Below, piece after piece: positions 55,732 to 64,000 of a stretch of DNA of 64,000 nt. The translations under genes were made by a program, and so were the position numbers. The notes under the pieces are model-generated. The model worked only from the letters and a program-made list of their open reading frames with translations, was not told where the DNA came from and ran no database searches. Origin of the DNA: Candidatus Wolfebacteria bacterium GW2011_GWB1_47_1 (GTDB lineage Bacteria > Patescibacteriota > Minisyncoccia > UBA6257 > UBA9933); NCBI GenBank assembly GCA_001029635.1, contig CP011209.1, forward strand, positions 618,435-682,434, written 5' to 3'. Position 1 is the first letter of the stretch. Every line of letters starts with the position of its first letter.

Positions 55732-58700
55732 TTAATCCCCCTCTTGTGTCATTAAATCTCGCAGTGCGCAATACTCGCATTCTTGATCATCACATCGCTT
55801 ATCCCAAAACGCTCCTTCAATAATCTCGGACCCAACCCTTATAATTTCCTTTTCGAGTTTGACTATTTCTTCTGGCGTTACTTCAAACATTTCCTTCTTA
55901 TATTTTCCACTTTGCATCGGCTCTATAAAATCAACATCCGCCGATACCATATCATACTTTCCTTGCCTATCTAATAGGATCTTATAGAAGACTAGCTGAC
56001 GTTTTATTCCTCCTCCTTCGGTCTTTATTTCGTCATCACCTTCCATCTCATCATCCTTTGCAACGCCTTCTATTTGATTGCGGGATTTCGGCTTACCTGT
56101 CTTATAATCTACGACGTTTACTGCCTTCCCTGTATCGATAAATTCCATCTTGTCGATCTTTCCGGTCAGGCGGATCTCTGGGGTCATCATCACGTCGCTT
56201 ACCGCGTATTCGGTAAGAACGTTCCCTCTCCATATTTGGTGATACGTATCGTACCACCCTTCAAGCGCAGTTATTCCTTTTTTCTTTGCATCTTCAAAAT
56301 CCCTTCCTGTAAGCGATTGATGGCCGAGATGATATACGAATTTATCGATCAGAAACTGCTTGTCAGCACCCCGTTCGGCTAGCGCGTTGAAGAAGTCTTG
56401 CAGCGCGTTGTGCACTGCAGTCCCGAACATTTGGTGCTTTTCGGGGGCTCCGGGGATGCGCAATAGGTTTGAATAGAAATAGCGCCATGGACAGGTTAGA
56501 TAATTATTTAATGCAGTTGCCGAAAGGCCGTTGCGCATAAACAGCTCTTTGATATATTCCTTATCTCGGATATCCACAGACGTGATTGCGCGCTGAGTAA
56601 ATAATAATTCTTTGTGTCGGTTTAGCTCCTTTTCATATTGTTCTACTTGCATCGGCTCACATAGGTCTTCGCGTATCTCGCTAATAAATAACGAGGGTAA
56701 TAATTCCCGTTTGTGCGTATTTTCCTTTGCGTATGATACTGTTGCTGTCTGCTTTGCGCGTGTAAGCGCGACGTAAAATAGCCTTCGCTCATCGGCGTTT
56801 TCGTCATCACCTTCCATCATAAGATCTTCTGTCCGCGCAAATACGCTCATCGGCAGTACGAGCAACTCACGACTTCTCTTGTTGCCCCAATGCGTATCAA
56901 ATACATTGATAATATAGACATGATCGAACTCGAGACCCTTCGACCGATGCGCGGTCATTAGGCGCACCTTTCCTGTTCCATATCCACCAATGCTTCTTTT
57001 AATGGTTAGTCCATGTCGCTCCATCGTGTCCAGATGCGCGAAAAGGTCTGCGAGTTTTGCGTCTCGGTGCGTTTCTACTATTTTTTTAATCTCGTCAAAA
57101 AAGGCTGCCAGTTTTTCCATCTTCTCAACCGGTTCGGTACCCTTAAGTACGTGCGCCAACAGTCCTGATTCACGCATAATCATCTCTACGCTTTCGGCTA
57201 GACTCTTATTCTTCGCTGCCGCATTCCACTGCGCCATTTTCCCATATATTTTCTGCATACCTTCCGGATCCTGCAGATTCAGTTTTTCGTCGTGCATTAT
57301 TTGCTCTGATCGCACTACCTCGTAAATGGAGGTCCTGTTTCGATTTGCATATTCCATGCATTTATACAGGTCCAGTGGTTCAATGCCAAGAAAATCAATA
57401 TGCAACATTGCAATGAATTCCTCCGGAGATCCGAATGTATTGACCGCCCGTAATATGCGCACCATCTTTCCGATTTCATCATCACGCATGATGTCCTGAT
57501 CGGACTCTATGGCAGCGGGAATCCCCACACGCTCAAGCATCTCCATTATCGGGAATGCATCTCGATTATTTCTATACAAAATAGCGATCTCTTCTGGTTT
57601 AACTCCTTGAGCGATCCGTTCTTTTATATCGCGCGTGATACCGTATTGCTCGGCATCCTCATTTGCGAAGGAGCCAATCCTTATCGGTCGTGGGGTATGC
57701 GGGGCGTTTGCTCGCAATTCCTTTTTTCCAGGGATGACCCCATGCGCAGCATCGAGAATGATCTGCGTGGATCGATAGTTTTCTTCCAATACGATCAGTT
57801 GCGCTGATGGATATAACTTCTGAAAGTACAGGAAATTTTCGAGAGATGCGCCCTGAAACCGGTAGATTGCTTGCTTCTCATCACCTACTACAAAGATATT
57901 TGGGTCCTGATGAAATCCACACAGCAATTCAACAATCTTGTTTTGCGCATTGTTCGTATCTTGATGTTCATCCACTAGAATATATTGATACTGCTCCTGT
58001 AATAGAAGCAGCAGATTCGCATCCTTTTGCAGTGCCCCTAGCGCTTCCATAATCATATCGGCATAGTCATACCACTTTCCTTCGGCAAGCGCCTGCTCAT
58101 ACGCCTCATACAATAATACAAGCTCTTCGTTCTTTTTTATATTTTTTTGTTGCTTTTGGTACACCCCCTTCATCTTTCCCTTGTGGGCACCTTTGTCGTA
58201 ATACAGATCCTCGATGCTCTCGAATGCGCGCAACTCTTTCCCAACGATCTCCTTAAACCGGTCGACCGAAACACCTTCCTGCTTTAATTTGTCGATTGAT
58301 GACAAAATTTTCCCGACATAATATGTTGGGTCTCCATACGGTCTTAGGAGCTCTAATGGATGCTTTTCGAGCATCTGCTCGATAATCCGTACTCGGTCGA
58401 CTTCGGTTACCGGTTCGGCCCCGATGATCCTCGGAAAATTTTCCGGATAATTGCCAATAATATCATTACAAAATCCATGGAATGTACTGATCGCTACCGT
58501 GTATGCCGGGCCACCGATCAACTCCATAAGGCGGCGGCGCATCGATACCACTCCTGATTCCGTAAAAGTGAGCGCTAGAATATTATCTGGCTCCATATCT
58601 GTCTTTTGCAAAATGTTCGCAATGCGAAGCGTTAGTATCTGCGTTTTTCCAGTGCCTGGCCCTGCGATAACCATAACAGGGCCTTCTATCGTATCTACTG

Positions 58701-58758
58701 CGTGCTTTTGCTGTGCGTTAAGTTTTGCGTATGCGACTCGGAATGCATCGTTGATCAT
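55732..58758 (-). CDS. UvrD/PcrA-like SF1 helicase fused to a C-terminal PD-(D/E)XK (Cas4/RecB-like) nuclease with Cys cluster
   Basis: Walker A GPGTGKTQ; C-terminal ...VDYKTGKPK...CDDQECEYCALRD. Confidence 0.8.
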   Translation of the reverse strand: MINDAFRVAYAKLNAQQKHAVDTIEGPVMVIAGPGTGKTQILTLRIANILQKTDMEPDNILALTFTESGVVSMRRRLMELIGGPAYTVAISTFHGFCNDIIGNYPENFPRIIGAEPVTEVDRVRIIEQMLEKHPLELLRPYGDPTYYVGKILSSIDKLKQEGVSVDRFKEIVGKELRAFESIEDLYYDKGAHKGKMKGVYQKQQKNIKKNEELVLLYEAYEQALAEGKWYDYADMIMEALGALQKDANLLLLLQEQYQYILVDEHQDTNNAQNKIVELLCGFHQDPNIFVVGDEKQAIYRFQGASLENFLYFQKLYPSAQLIVLEENYRSTQIILDAAHGVIPGKKELRANAPHTPRPIRIGSFANEDAEQYGITRDIKERIAQGVKPEEIAILYRNNRDAFPIMEMLERVGIPAAIESDQDIMRDDEIGKMVRILRAVNTFGSPEEFIAMLHIDFLGIEPLDLYKCMEYANRNRTSIYEVVRSEQIMHDEKLNLQDPEGMQKIYGKMAQWNAAAKNKSLAESVEMIMRESGLLAHVLKGTEPVEKMEKLAAFFDEIKKIVETHRDAKLADLFAHLDTMERHGLTIKRSIGGYGTGKVRLMTAHRSKGLEFDHVYIINVFDTHWGNKRSRELLVLPMSVFARTEDLMMEGDDENADERRLFYVALTRAKQTATVSYAKENTHKRELLPSLFISEIREDLCEPMQVEQYEKELNRHKELLFTQRAITSVDIRDKEYIKELFMRNGLSATALNNYLTCPWRYFYSNLLRIPGAPEKHQMFGTAVHNALQDFFNALAERGADKQFLIDKFVYHLGHQSLTGRDFEDAKKKGITALEGWYDTYHQIWRGNVLTEYAVSDVMMTPEIRLTGKIDKMEFIDTGKAVNVVDYKTGKPKSRNQIEGVAKDDEMEGDDEIKTEGGGIKRQLVFYKILLDRQGKYDMVSADVDFIEPMQSGKYKKEMFEVTPEEIVKLEKEIIRVGSEIIEGAFWDKRCDDQECEYCALRDLMTQEGD

Positions 58759-58895
58759 ATAACCTATGATACCATGTCTGATATTTTATCAAAACTACTA
58801 CATGAGCTTGCAAAAAATTCAATACTAGATATAGTCTGCTGAATCAACGTTTTTTATATACCCGCAGATGCGATAGGGGTATATTTTGAGCAATA

Positions 58896-60071
58896 TCACT
58901 CCACGACGAATGATCCGCGGACCATACCCATCCAACAGCTGAATGGAATTTTCCCATCTTCTTTTGGCGTAAAGTATAGAACGTTATCTCCCGGTTCTAT
59001 ATCTTTTGTAATATTGAGTGACGGGATAATAATTCGATTGGTACATCCGCTAACCTGTTCGGCGCTAATAATCCATTTGACCGGTATTCCTTTCTTTAAT
59101 TCCAACGATTCCGGCTCGAACCCTTTTGCGGTAATGCGCGTCCTAACCTCTTGTTCATCTCCTGCTGGGACCTGTTCCTCTGCCACATTACCGGTTAGCT
59201 CCCCAGTCCGTGCGGGCGTAACTGTTCCCCAAAGTGCATGCCCCGCACTGAATGTAGCAATCGCAAACAAGAGCACAATCACCCCGGATACCTTCTTAAA
59301 GATGGACATGTTGTTTGCCGATGACCAGCTGCTTGCGACTCCAAGCGCAAGTAGTGCCGGCATCGTACCAATGGCAAATAACGCCAAACTTGCGCCTCCG
59401 ATCCAAGCGCTTCCTGATGCCAATGCAAACAACTGCATACTTTGGGTAAAGCCACACGGTAGGAAGAAGCTCAGTCCGCCCAGTACAAACGGTGTCGTAG
59501 GGTGATCTGATGTGCTTAATTTGTGCCACAATTTTGACATTCCCTCCGGAGTGCGAATTCCAAGACGCGCGATCGATGGAACTAATCCTAAAATATTTAA
59601 TCCGAGCCACGCCATAATGACCGCAATCACAATATTAAACACAGCAATCGTTGCGACGCTGATATGGATTGTGCCGCCGATCGCCCCTAGCGTGCTTCCT
59701 AGTACAAAAAAGGATGTTATTCTCCCAACATGAAATGTGATATGTGGCTGAGTAGCCCGTATCAATGACCTGTTATTTTTTCCCGCATAGCGTTGCGCGA
59801 ATGCGACCACCACTCCACCGATCGTCGCCATACAAGATGATAGCGATGCAACGATGCCGATTAATACCGCAACGCCGAACGTAATCTCTGCGCTGCCTGG
59901 CCCCAGCGTATCGAATGCCCCTGTCGAACGGATCATATTATAGAATATAATCATGATGGTTACGATACCGATCGCAGAAATCCATTCGTATAGACTCGAT
60001 CCTTTATATTTTGAATGCGCAGAGACACAGCATTTATCTTGCTGCGCATGTTTTGTAATTATTTTTTGCAT
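58896..60071 (-). CDS. membrane protein: TauE/SafE/DsbD_2-like transmembrane domain fused to a C-terminal cupredoxin-like domain
   Basis: TM Cys motifs SSCMATIGG and FLPCGF; C-terminal beta-sandwich ...GCTNRIIIPS...FSCWMGM. Confidence 0.5.
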   Translation of the reverse strand: MQKIITKHAQQDKCCVSAHSKYKGSSLYEWISAIGIVTIMIIFYNMIRSTGAFDTLGPGSAEITFGVAVLIGIVASLSSCMATIGGVVVAFAQRYAGKNNRSLIRATQPHITFHVGRITSFFVLGSTLGAIGGTIHISVATIAVFNIVIAVIMAWLGLNILGLVPSIARLGIRTPEGMSKLWHKLSTSDHPTTPFVLGGLSFFLPCGFTQSMQLFALASGSAWIGGASLALFAIGTMPALLALGVASSWSSANNMSIFKKVSGVIVLLFAIATFSAGHALWGTVTPARTGELTGNVAEEQVPAGDEQEVRTRITAKGFEPESLELKKGIPVKWIISAEQVSGCTNRIIIPSLNITKDIEPGDNVLYFTPKEDGKIPFSCWMGMVRGSFVVE

Positions 60072-60077
60072 TGTTTT

Positions 60078-60533
60078 TTATAAGGCGGCTTCGTGTATCG
60101 TCTCATCAACCTTCATTTCAATTCGCCGCTCCCAATCCATGCGCCGTTCAAATCCGCTTTTTTCCAACCGTTCCGAAATACGCCAAATACCCTGATAGAG
60201 CTTTTGTATCTCGATCAAGAGTTCGGGCATCGTTTGTTTTGTGGAAACTAATATCGACTTCTTACCTTTGAAGATACGCCAGATGACAGGGTCGATCCCG
60301 TAGGCCTTACCGCCATATTCTACAATCAGTAGATCATGATGAACCTTGCGGTCGATAATACCTTTTACAATATAGATACGCGCGTTAGGAAGCTCATCGA
60401 GAATCCAATTTCCCGCCAGATGGACAACCTCATCGCAATAATTTTGAGCCAAAATGGGCAGCGGTTTATCACCCACCTTCTTGAGTAGATGTATCATCTT
60501 CTTCTGGACACCCTCAATTAGCTCTTTAGTCAT
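60078..60533 (-). CDS. hypothetical protein (151 aa)
   Basis: ORF only. Confidence 0.4.
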   Translation of the reverse strand: MTKELIEGVQKKMIHLLKKVGDKPLPILAQNYCDEVVHLAGNWILDELPNARIYIVKGIIDRKVHHDLLIVEYGGKAYGIDPVIWRIFKGKKSILVSTKQTMPELLIEIQKLYQGIWRISERLEKSGFERRMDWERRIEMKVDETIHEAAL

Positions 60534-60601
60534 AGTGCAATTATATCACTTTATTCTTCCGCAATAAAAGCCCCTTCTTGAGAGGCTTTTATTGTGTCAT
60601 C

Positions 60602-61060
60602 TTATCGAGCAATATCGCCACAGGCATAATAGATTCCGGCTTCTTGAGGCGATTTATGTACATTAATTGCCAGTGGCAATCCTCCAAGCAACTTTGTCAT
60701 TGGTACATCGAGTATCGTCGTTGATTCACCATCAACCGGAAATGTAAGTGGGTAGACTACTTGACCGATTGATGCACACGTCCCTGTGTGGATATGTGCA
60801 GGCTGGACTACTCCCTCCGGCCCTCCTGTCAGTTTGAGGACCACCTGCGTCTTTCCATTTGTAGCAGTCAGTGTTGCGGTTCCCATTTGTCCTGATCCAT
60901 TTTGGGAATCAAGAACAACGACCATTGCCTGCGCCTGCGGAGCTGGTACGGAAATTTCAGGGGCAGTCGTTCCTCGGCGAAATGCTTGAGAAGCGCCATA
61001 TCCTCCTATAGCTATCGCAATCAGCACCAATGTACCAAACATGACCATTTTTTTGTCCAT
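60602..61060 (-). CDS. CHRD-domain protein with signal anchor
   Basis: AHIHTGTCASIG... Confidence 0.55.
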   Translation of the reverse strand: MDKKMVMFGTLVLIAIAIGGYGASQAFRRGTTAPEISVPAPQAQAMVVVLDSQNGSGQMGTATLTATNGKTQVVLKLTGGPEGVVQPAHIHTGTCASIGQVVYPLTFPVDGESTTILDVPMTKLLGGLPLAINVHKSPQEAGIYYACGDIAR

Positions 61061-61220
61061 TGTTTTCGTATATGTATGTAGTTTTTGTCTGTATGCCCTA
61101 TGCCACAGTCGACCTACTGGGTATGCTATGTATCATGCATTATTATATCACGTACTAGTATATAAGACGACTTTCGTTTGTATTGCATTTACTAGCGGTA
61201 TATAAGCGCATTGTGTAATT

Positions 61221-61242
61221 AAAAAGCCCGGATGATCCGGGC
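61221..61242 (-). terminator. orphan minus-strand intrinsic terminator gcccggat-c-atccgggc + T5
   Basis: no annotated minus-strand gene upstream of it; terminates the minigene transcript. Confidence 0.6.
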
Positions 61243-61282
61243 ATTAGGTTGCGGAGCGATAGATATGATTCATCCATCGCCC

Positions 61283-61348
61283 CTAGCGTATACAGCCTTC
61301 TTTGCAGTGGTTAACCGCTGCGAGGGCCCATTTTTTGCTTGTCCACAT
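61283..61348 (-). CDS. 21-codon mini-ORF (MWTSKKWALAAVNHCKEGCIR) with consensus SD, inside a roughly 160-nt promoter-to-terminator unit
   Basis: AAGGAGG 9 nt upstream of the ATG. Confidence 0.35.
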   Translation of the reverse strand: MWTSKKWALAAVNHCKEGCIR

Positions 61349-61386
61349 GGGGTGCTACCTCCTTTTTTCGATATGTACAGATTCGA

Positions 61387-61415
61387 ACTATATAACAACC
61401 CTTACACCTTGTCAA
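61387..61415 (-). promoter_or_regulatory. sigma-70-like promoter TTGACA-N17-TATAGT on the minus strand, overlapping face-to-face the putative obg -35
   Basis: -35 at 61415-61410, -10 at 61392-61387. Confidence 0.5.
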
Positions 61416-61446
61416 TATACTTGTTTTGTTCTACACTGTATCCATT

Positions 61447-62415
61447 ATGCTGATCGATGACGTAGTAATCAAAGTAAGTTCCGGACGCGGTGGGCGGGGC
61501 GCAGTTGCCTTCAATAAGAATATGAAGAGTCTTGGGCCTGCGGGCGGAAGCGGTGGTAATGGCGGAAACGTCATTGTTGAGGGTGCTTCGGATTTGGGTC
61601 TTTTAAGCCAATTCCGCTATAAAAAGGATGTTTCTGCGGAAAACGGCGAGCCGGGTAAGCCTCAGTTCAATGATGGCCACACTGGCGTTGATCTCATACT
61701 TAAGGTTCCCGTAGGGACCATTCTTCACAACATGACAACCGGTGCCGATTATGAAATCGTCAAGATTGGCGAGCGCATCACGATCGCCAAGGGAGGCAAG
61801 GGAGGCAAGGGAAATCTGCAATTCAAGTCATCCACCAATACCAGCCCGACTCAATATCAAAACGGAACGCCCGGAGAGGAATTCATGTTTCGGCTCGAAT
61901 TAAAGCTGATCGCGGACGTTGGCATTATTGGATTACCAAGTGCCGGGAAATCCAGTCTTTTAAACGAAATTACCAATGCACAGAGCAAGGTCGGTAACTA
62001 CCCATTCACAACCCTCGAACCGAACTTGGGAGTGTACTATGAGCTGATTTTGGCTGATATTCCAGGACTGATCGAGGGATCTAGTGAAGGAAAGGGATTA
62101 GGTGACCGATTCTTGCGCCACATTGAGCGAACCGAAATATTATTCCATTTAGTTCCCGCTGATTCCACAGACCTTGCCCATGATTATGCAATCATTCGTA
62201 AGGAGCTCGGAGCACACAATCCCGCTCTGCTCGCCAAAAAGGAATACCTCTTTTTAAGCAAGAGTGATACCGTCGCGGAGCCGGAGCTCAACGAGAAACT
62301 TGCGCTTCTCAAAAAACTCAATCCTACTGTTACTCCAATTTCGGTATACAACTGGGAGAGCCTTGACGGCGTAAAACGCATTCTCAATGAAGTAATTAAG
62401 CAGAAAAAGGTTTAG
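61447..62415 (+). CDS. obg: GTPase Obg/CgtA
   Basis: MLIDDVVIKVSSGRGGRGAVAF...; track ORF begins at an upstream TTG at 61426; the plus promoter TTGTCA-N17-TACACT ends a few nt before the ATG (possibly leaderless). Confidence 0.85.
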   Translation: MLIDDVVIKVSSGRGGRGAVAFNKNMKSLGPAGGSGGNGGNVIVEGASDLGLLSQFRYKKDVSAENGEPGKPQFNDGHTGVDLILKVPVGTILHNMTTGADYEIVKIGERITIAKGGKGGKGNLQFKSSTNTSPTQYQNGTPGEEFMFRLELKLIADVGIIGLPSAGKSSLLNEITNAQSKVGNYPFTTLEPNLGVYYELILADIPGLIEGSSEGKGLGDRFLRHIERTEILFHLVPADSTDLAHDYAIIRKELGAHNPALLAKKEYLFLSKSDTVAEPELNEKLALLKKLNPTVTPISVYNWESLDGVKRILNEVIKQKKV

Positions 62416-62460
62416 TATTGCTTCGTACAAAAACCGACCCATTGCGGGTCGGTTTTTGTA

Positions 62461-62904
62461 TTATTTGATAATCGTCTTTTTAATATGCTCCAGTATTTCT
62501 TCCGGATGTCTCTCGCATAGATTTTTTTTGATACGCATGGCTACTATCTTCTTTACCGCTACAGGAAGCAGAGCCTCAACTTCTCCTACGATCGGAGATA
62601 CCAGCACAATCTGTGTCGGCGTCACGCGACCAACAATATCCTTTGCCGCTGTCCTGAATTTTGCCGTGAATTCCTGTTGATACTGCTCTTTTGTTGTCTT
62701 AGAGCTTCCTCCGGTTACGCCCGTTTTGCCTGTCCTCACCGAAAGGCCTTCCTTATCGGAATACCTGATGCGTGGAATGCGGAATGTTTCGATCTTCTCT
62801 ATCACTCCATCTCCGGCAAGATAGAACTCTGCCTCTTGCGTCCCCGTTAGGATCACTAGCGCCCTTTCTTTTTTGAATTGTGGAAATTGTTGTGCGATCT
62901 TCAT
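62461..62904 (-). CDS. hypothetical protein (147 aa)
   Basis: ORF only. Confidence 0.4.
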   Translation of the reverse strand: MKIAQQFPQFKKERALVILTGTQEAEFYLAGDGVIEKIETFRIPRIRYSDKEGLSVRTGKTGVTGGSSKTTKEQYQQEFTAKFRTAAKDIVGRVTPTQIVLVSPIVGEVEALLPVAVKKIVAMRIKKNLCERHPEEILEHIKKTIIK

Positions 62905-62935
62905 ATCATTTATTATATACCATTAAGAATATTTA

Positions 62936-63934
62936 TCACAGATACCCTTCTTTCCGCAGTGTGGATACTACGCCTTCGGTGTCATGTTGTGCCATCAAAT
63001 GTATACGCAGCTCCCGCGCTCCATCGAAGCCGTGCACATATGCCTTGTAGTGTTTCTTCATTACATCAAACCGTTTTGCGTCTCCAAATAACTCCTCGAA
63101 TAATCGAGAATGCTCAACCATAACCCGCATTTTTTCCTGCAATCCGATATTGCGCGCGTCGACCTCTTTTCTTGCTTTGTACGCGTTCTTATCCGCAAAG
63201 AACCACGGATTCCCGAACATTCCCCTACCGACCATAATACCATCGACACCATACTGATTTACCCGTTCCATTGCTTCGGTCATATTTTGCACATCTCCGT
63301 TTCCCAATATAAACGGCCGTTCTTTGCCTGTATAATATGTACGTGTCATTTCAGCACCTCGCGCTATGACGTCCCAATGAGCGGGAACATCAGACATTTC
63401 CTTTTTTGTTCTTCCGTGAATAGTTATCGCAGCAGGCTCCATTTCTAAAATATGAGGCAACCACTCATCTAGTGTTTCCTTTGCATATCCTATGCGTGTC
63501 TTTACCGAAACGGGTATCGTTCCCGCTCCCCGTTTTGTTTCGGATATTATTTTCTTTGCTAGTTGCGGACTTTGAATCAACTTTGCGCCCGCATTCTGTT
63601 TCTGGATGTTCTTATCCGGACATCCCATATTAATATCTATGCCGTCAAATCCAAGTTCCTTAACCAAGAGCGCCGTCTGATAGAAATGTTCCGGTGTCGC
63701 GCCAAATACCTGCGCAACAATCGGCCGCTCGCGATCGTCAAAGCGAAGATCGAGCATTAACGCTTCCCTTCCCGCAGAACATATCCCATCGCATGATACG
63801 AATTCCGTCCACATTATGTCGGGCTTTCCGTATGTTGCGATCATGCGGCGAAATGCCGCATCAGTAACATCTGCCATTGGTGCCAGTGCAAAAATAGGCA
63901 TGTCTAAGTTTTTCCAAAATCCATGTTCGATCAT
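62936..63934 (-). CDS. dus: tRNA-dihydrouridine synthase
   Basis: FALAPMADVTDAAFRRM... TIM-barrel Dus motifs. Confidence 0.85.
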   Translation of the reverse strand: MIEHGFWKNLDMPIFALAPMADVTDAAFRRMIATYGKPDIMWTEFVSCDGICSAGREALMLDLRFDDRERPIVAQVFGATPEHFYQTALLVKELGFDGIDINMGCPDKNIQKQNAGAKLIQSPQLAKKIISETKRGAGTIPVSVKTRIGYAKETLDEWLPHILEMEPAAITIHGRTKKEMSDVPAHWDVIARGAEMTRTYYTGKERPFILGNGDVQNMTEAMERVNQYGVDGIMVGRGMFGNPWFFADKNAYKARKEVDARNIGLQEKMRVMVEHSRLFEELFGDAKRFDVMKKHYKAYVHGFDGARELRIHLMAQHDTEGVVSTLRKEGYL

Positions 63935-64000
63935 ATACTTATAGCCCCAGCCCTGCGGGGATTTGCAGCGTCTTCAAAAATGCCGGGATGGCAAATAGTA

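Noticed and set aside
61375-61400. GATTCGAAC, a T-loop-like sequence on the minus strand, as a tRNA gene
   Set aside because: No complementary acceptor stem, D-arm or CCA context. It is part of the divergent promoter region.

Overview
This 64-kb window looks like a compact, moderately AT-rich bacterial chromosome segment. The low GC, tight operons and ATGA overlaps are Patescibacteria/CPR-like, but that is only an inference. Genes are densely packed, with about 75 CDS and no rRNA, tRNA or CRISPR array that I can support. Housekeeping genes dominate: ftsW-murG, gltX, rpmA, rplI, sodA, tgt-queA, dinB, pyrD, typA, obg, dus, cls and ybaB. Other named genes include a MacAB-like efflux set, two paralogous PAS histidine kinases, a P-type ATPase, a UvrD-helicase/Cas4-like nuclease fusion and an S41 protease. 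The track's 5' extensions are often alternative TTG/GTG starts, so I trimmed some to the first ATG that has an SD or an ATGA overlap. Features I located myself, from the sequence lines, are good to about +/-3 nt.

The candidates I rate as most likely new biology are these:
1. A small island between rpmA and rplI holds a roughly 350-bp array of degenerate 55-57-bp tandem repeats. Next to it sits a divergent membrane protein and a strongly expressed pair of in-frame mini-ORFs. These are an acidic leader-like 47-aa peptide, a TAG codon, and a Cys-rich 51-aa peptide, with their own promoter and terminator. It may be a RiPP/bacteriocin-like precursor locus.
2. A queA-coupled operon encodes a bis-heme NOX/ferric-reductase-type flavocytochrome plus a secreted protein with two cytochrome-b5 domains and a poly-Asp tail.
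3. A roughly 200-nt conserved hairpin-bearing non-coding element occurs twice. One copy carries an internal 101-nt insertion flanked by a duplicated 28-nt hairpin module.
4. A 126-nt rod-like element is bounded by 18-bp perfect inverted repeats and a U-tract.
5. The obg/CHRD divergent spacer hides a minigene: promoter, SD, a 21-codon ORF and a terminator.
6. A self-contained gene at 49830-50612 is about 60% GC, which stands out against the rest of the window.
7. An ORFan-rich stretch at 22.6-27.4 kb has duplicated terminator modules and a queA gene-fragment scar.
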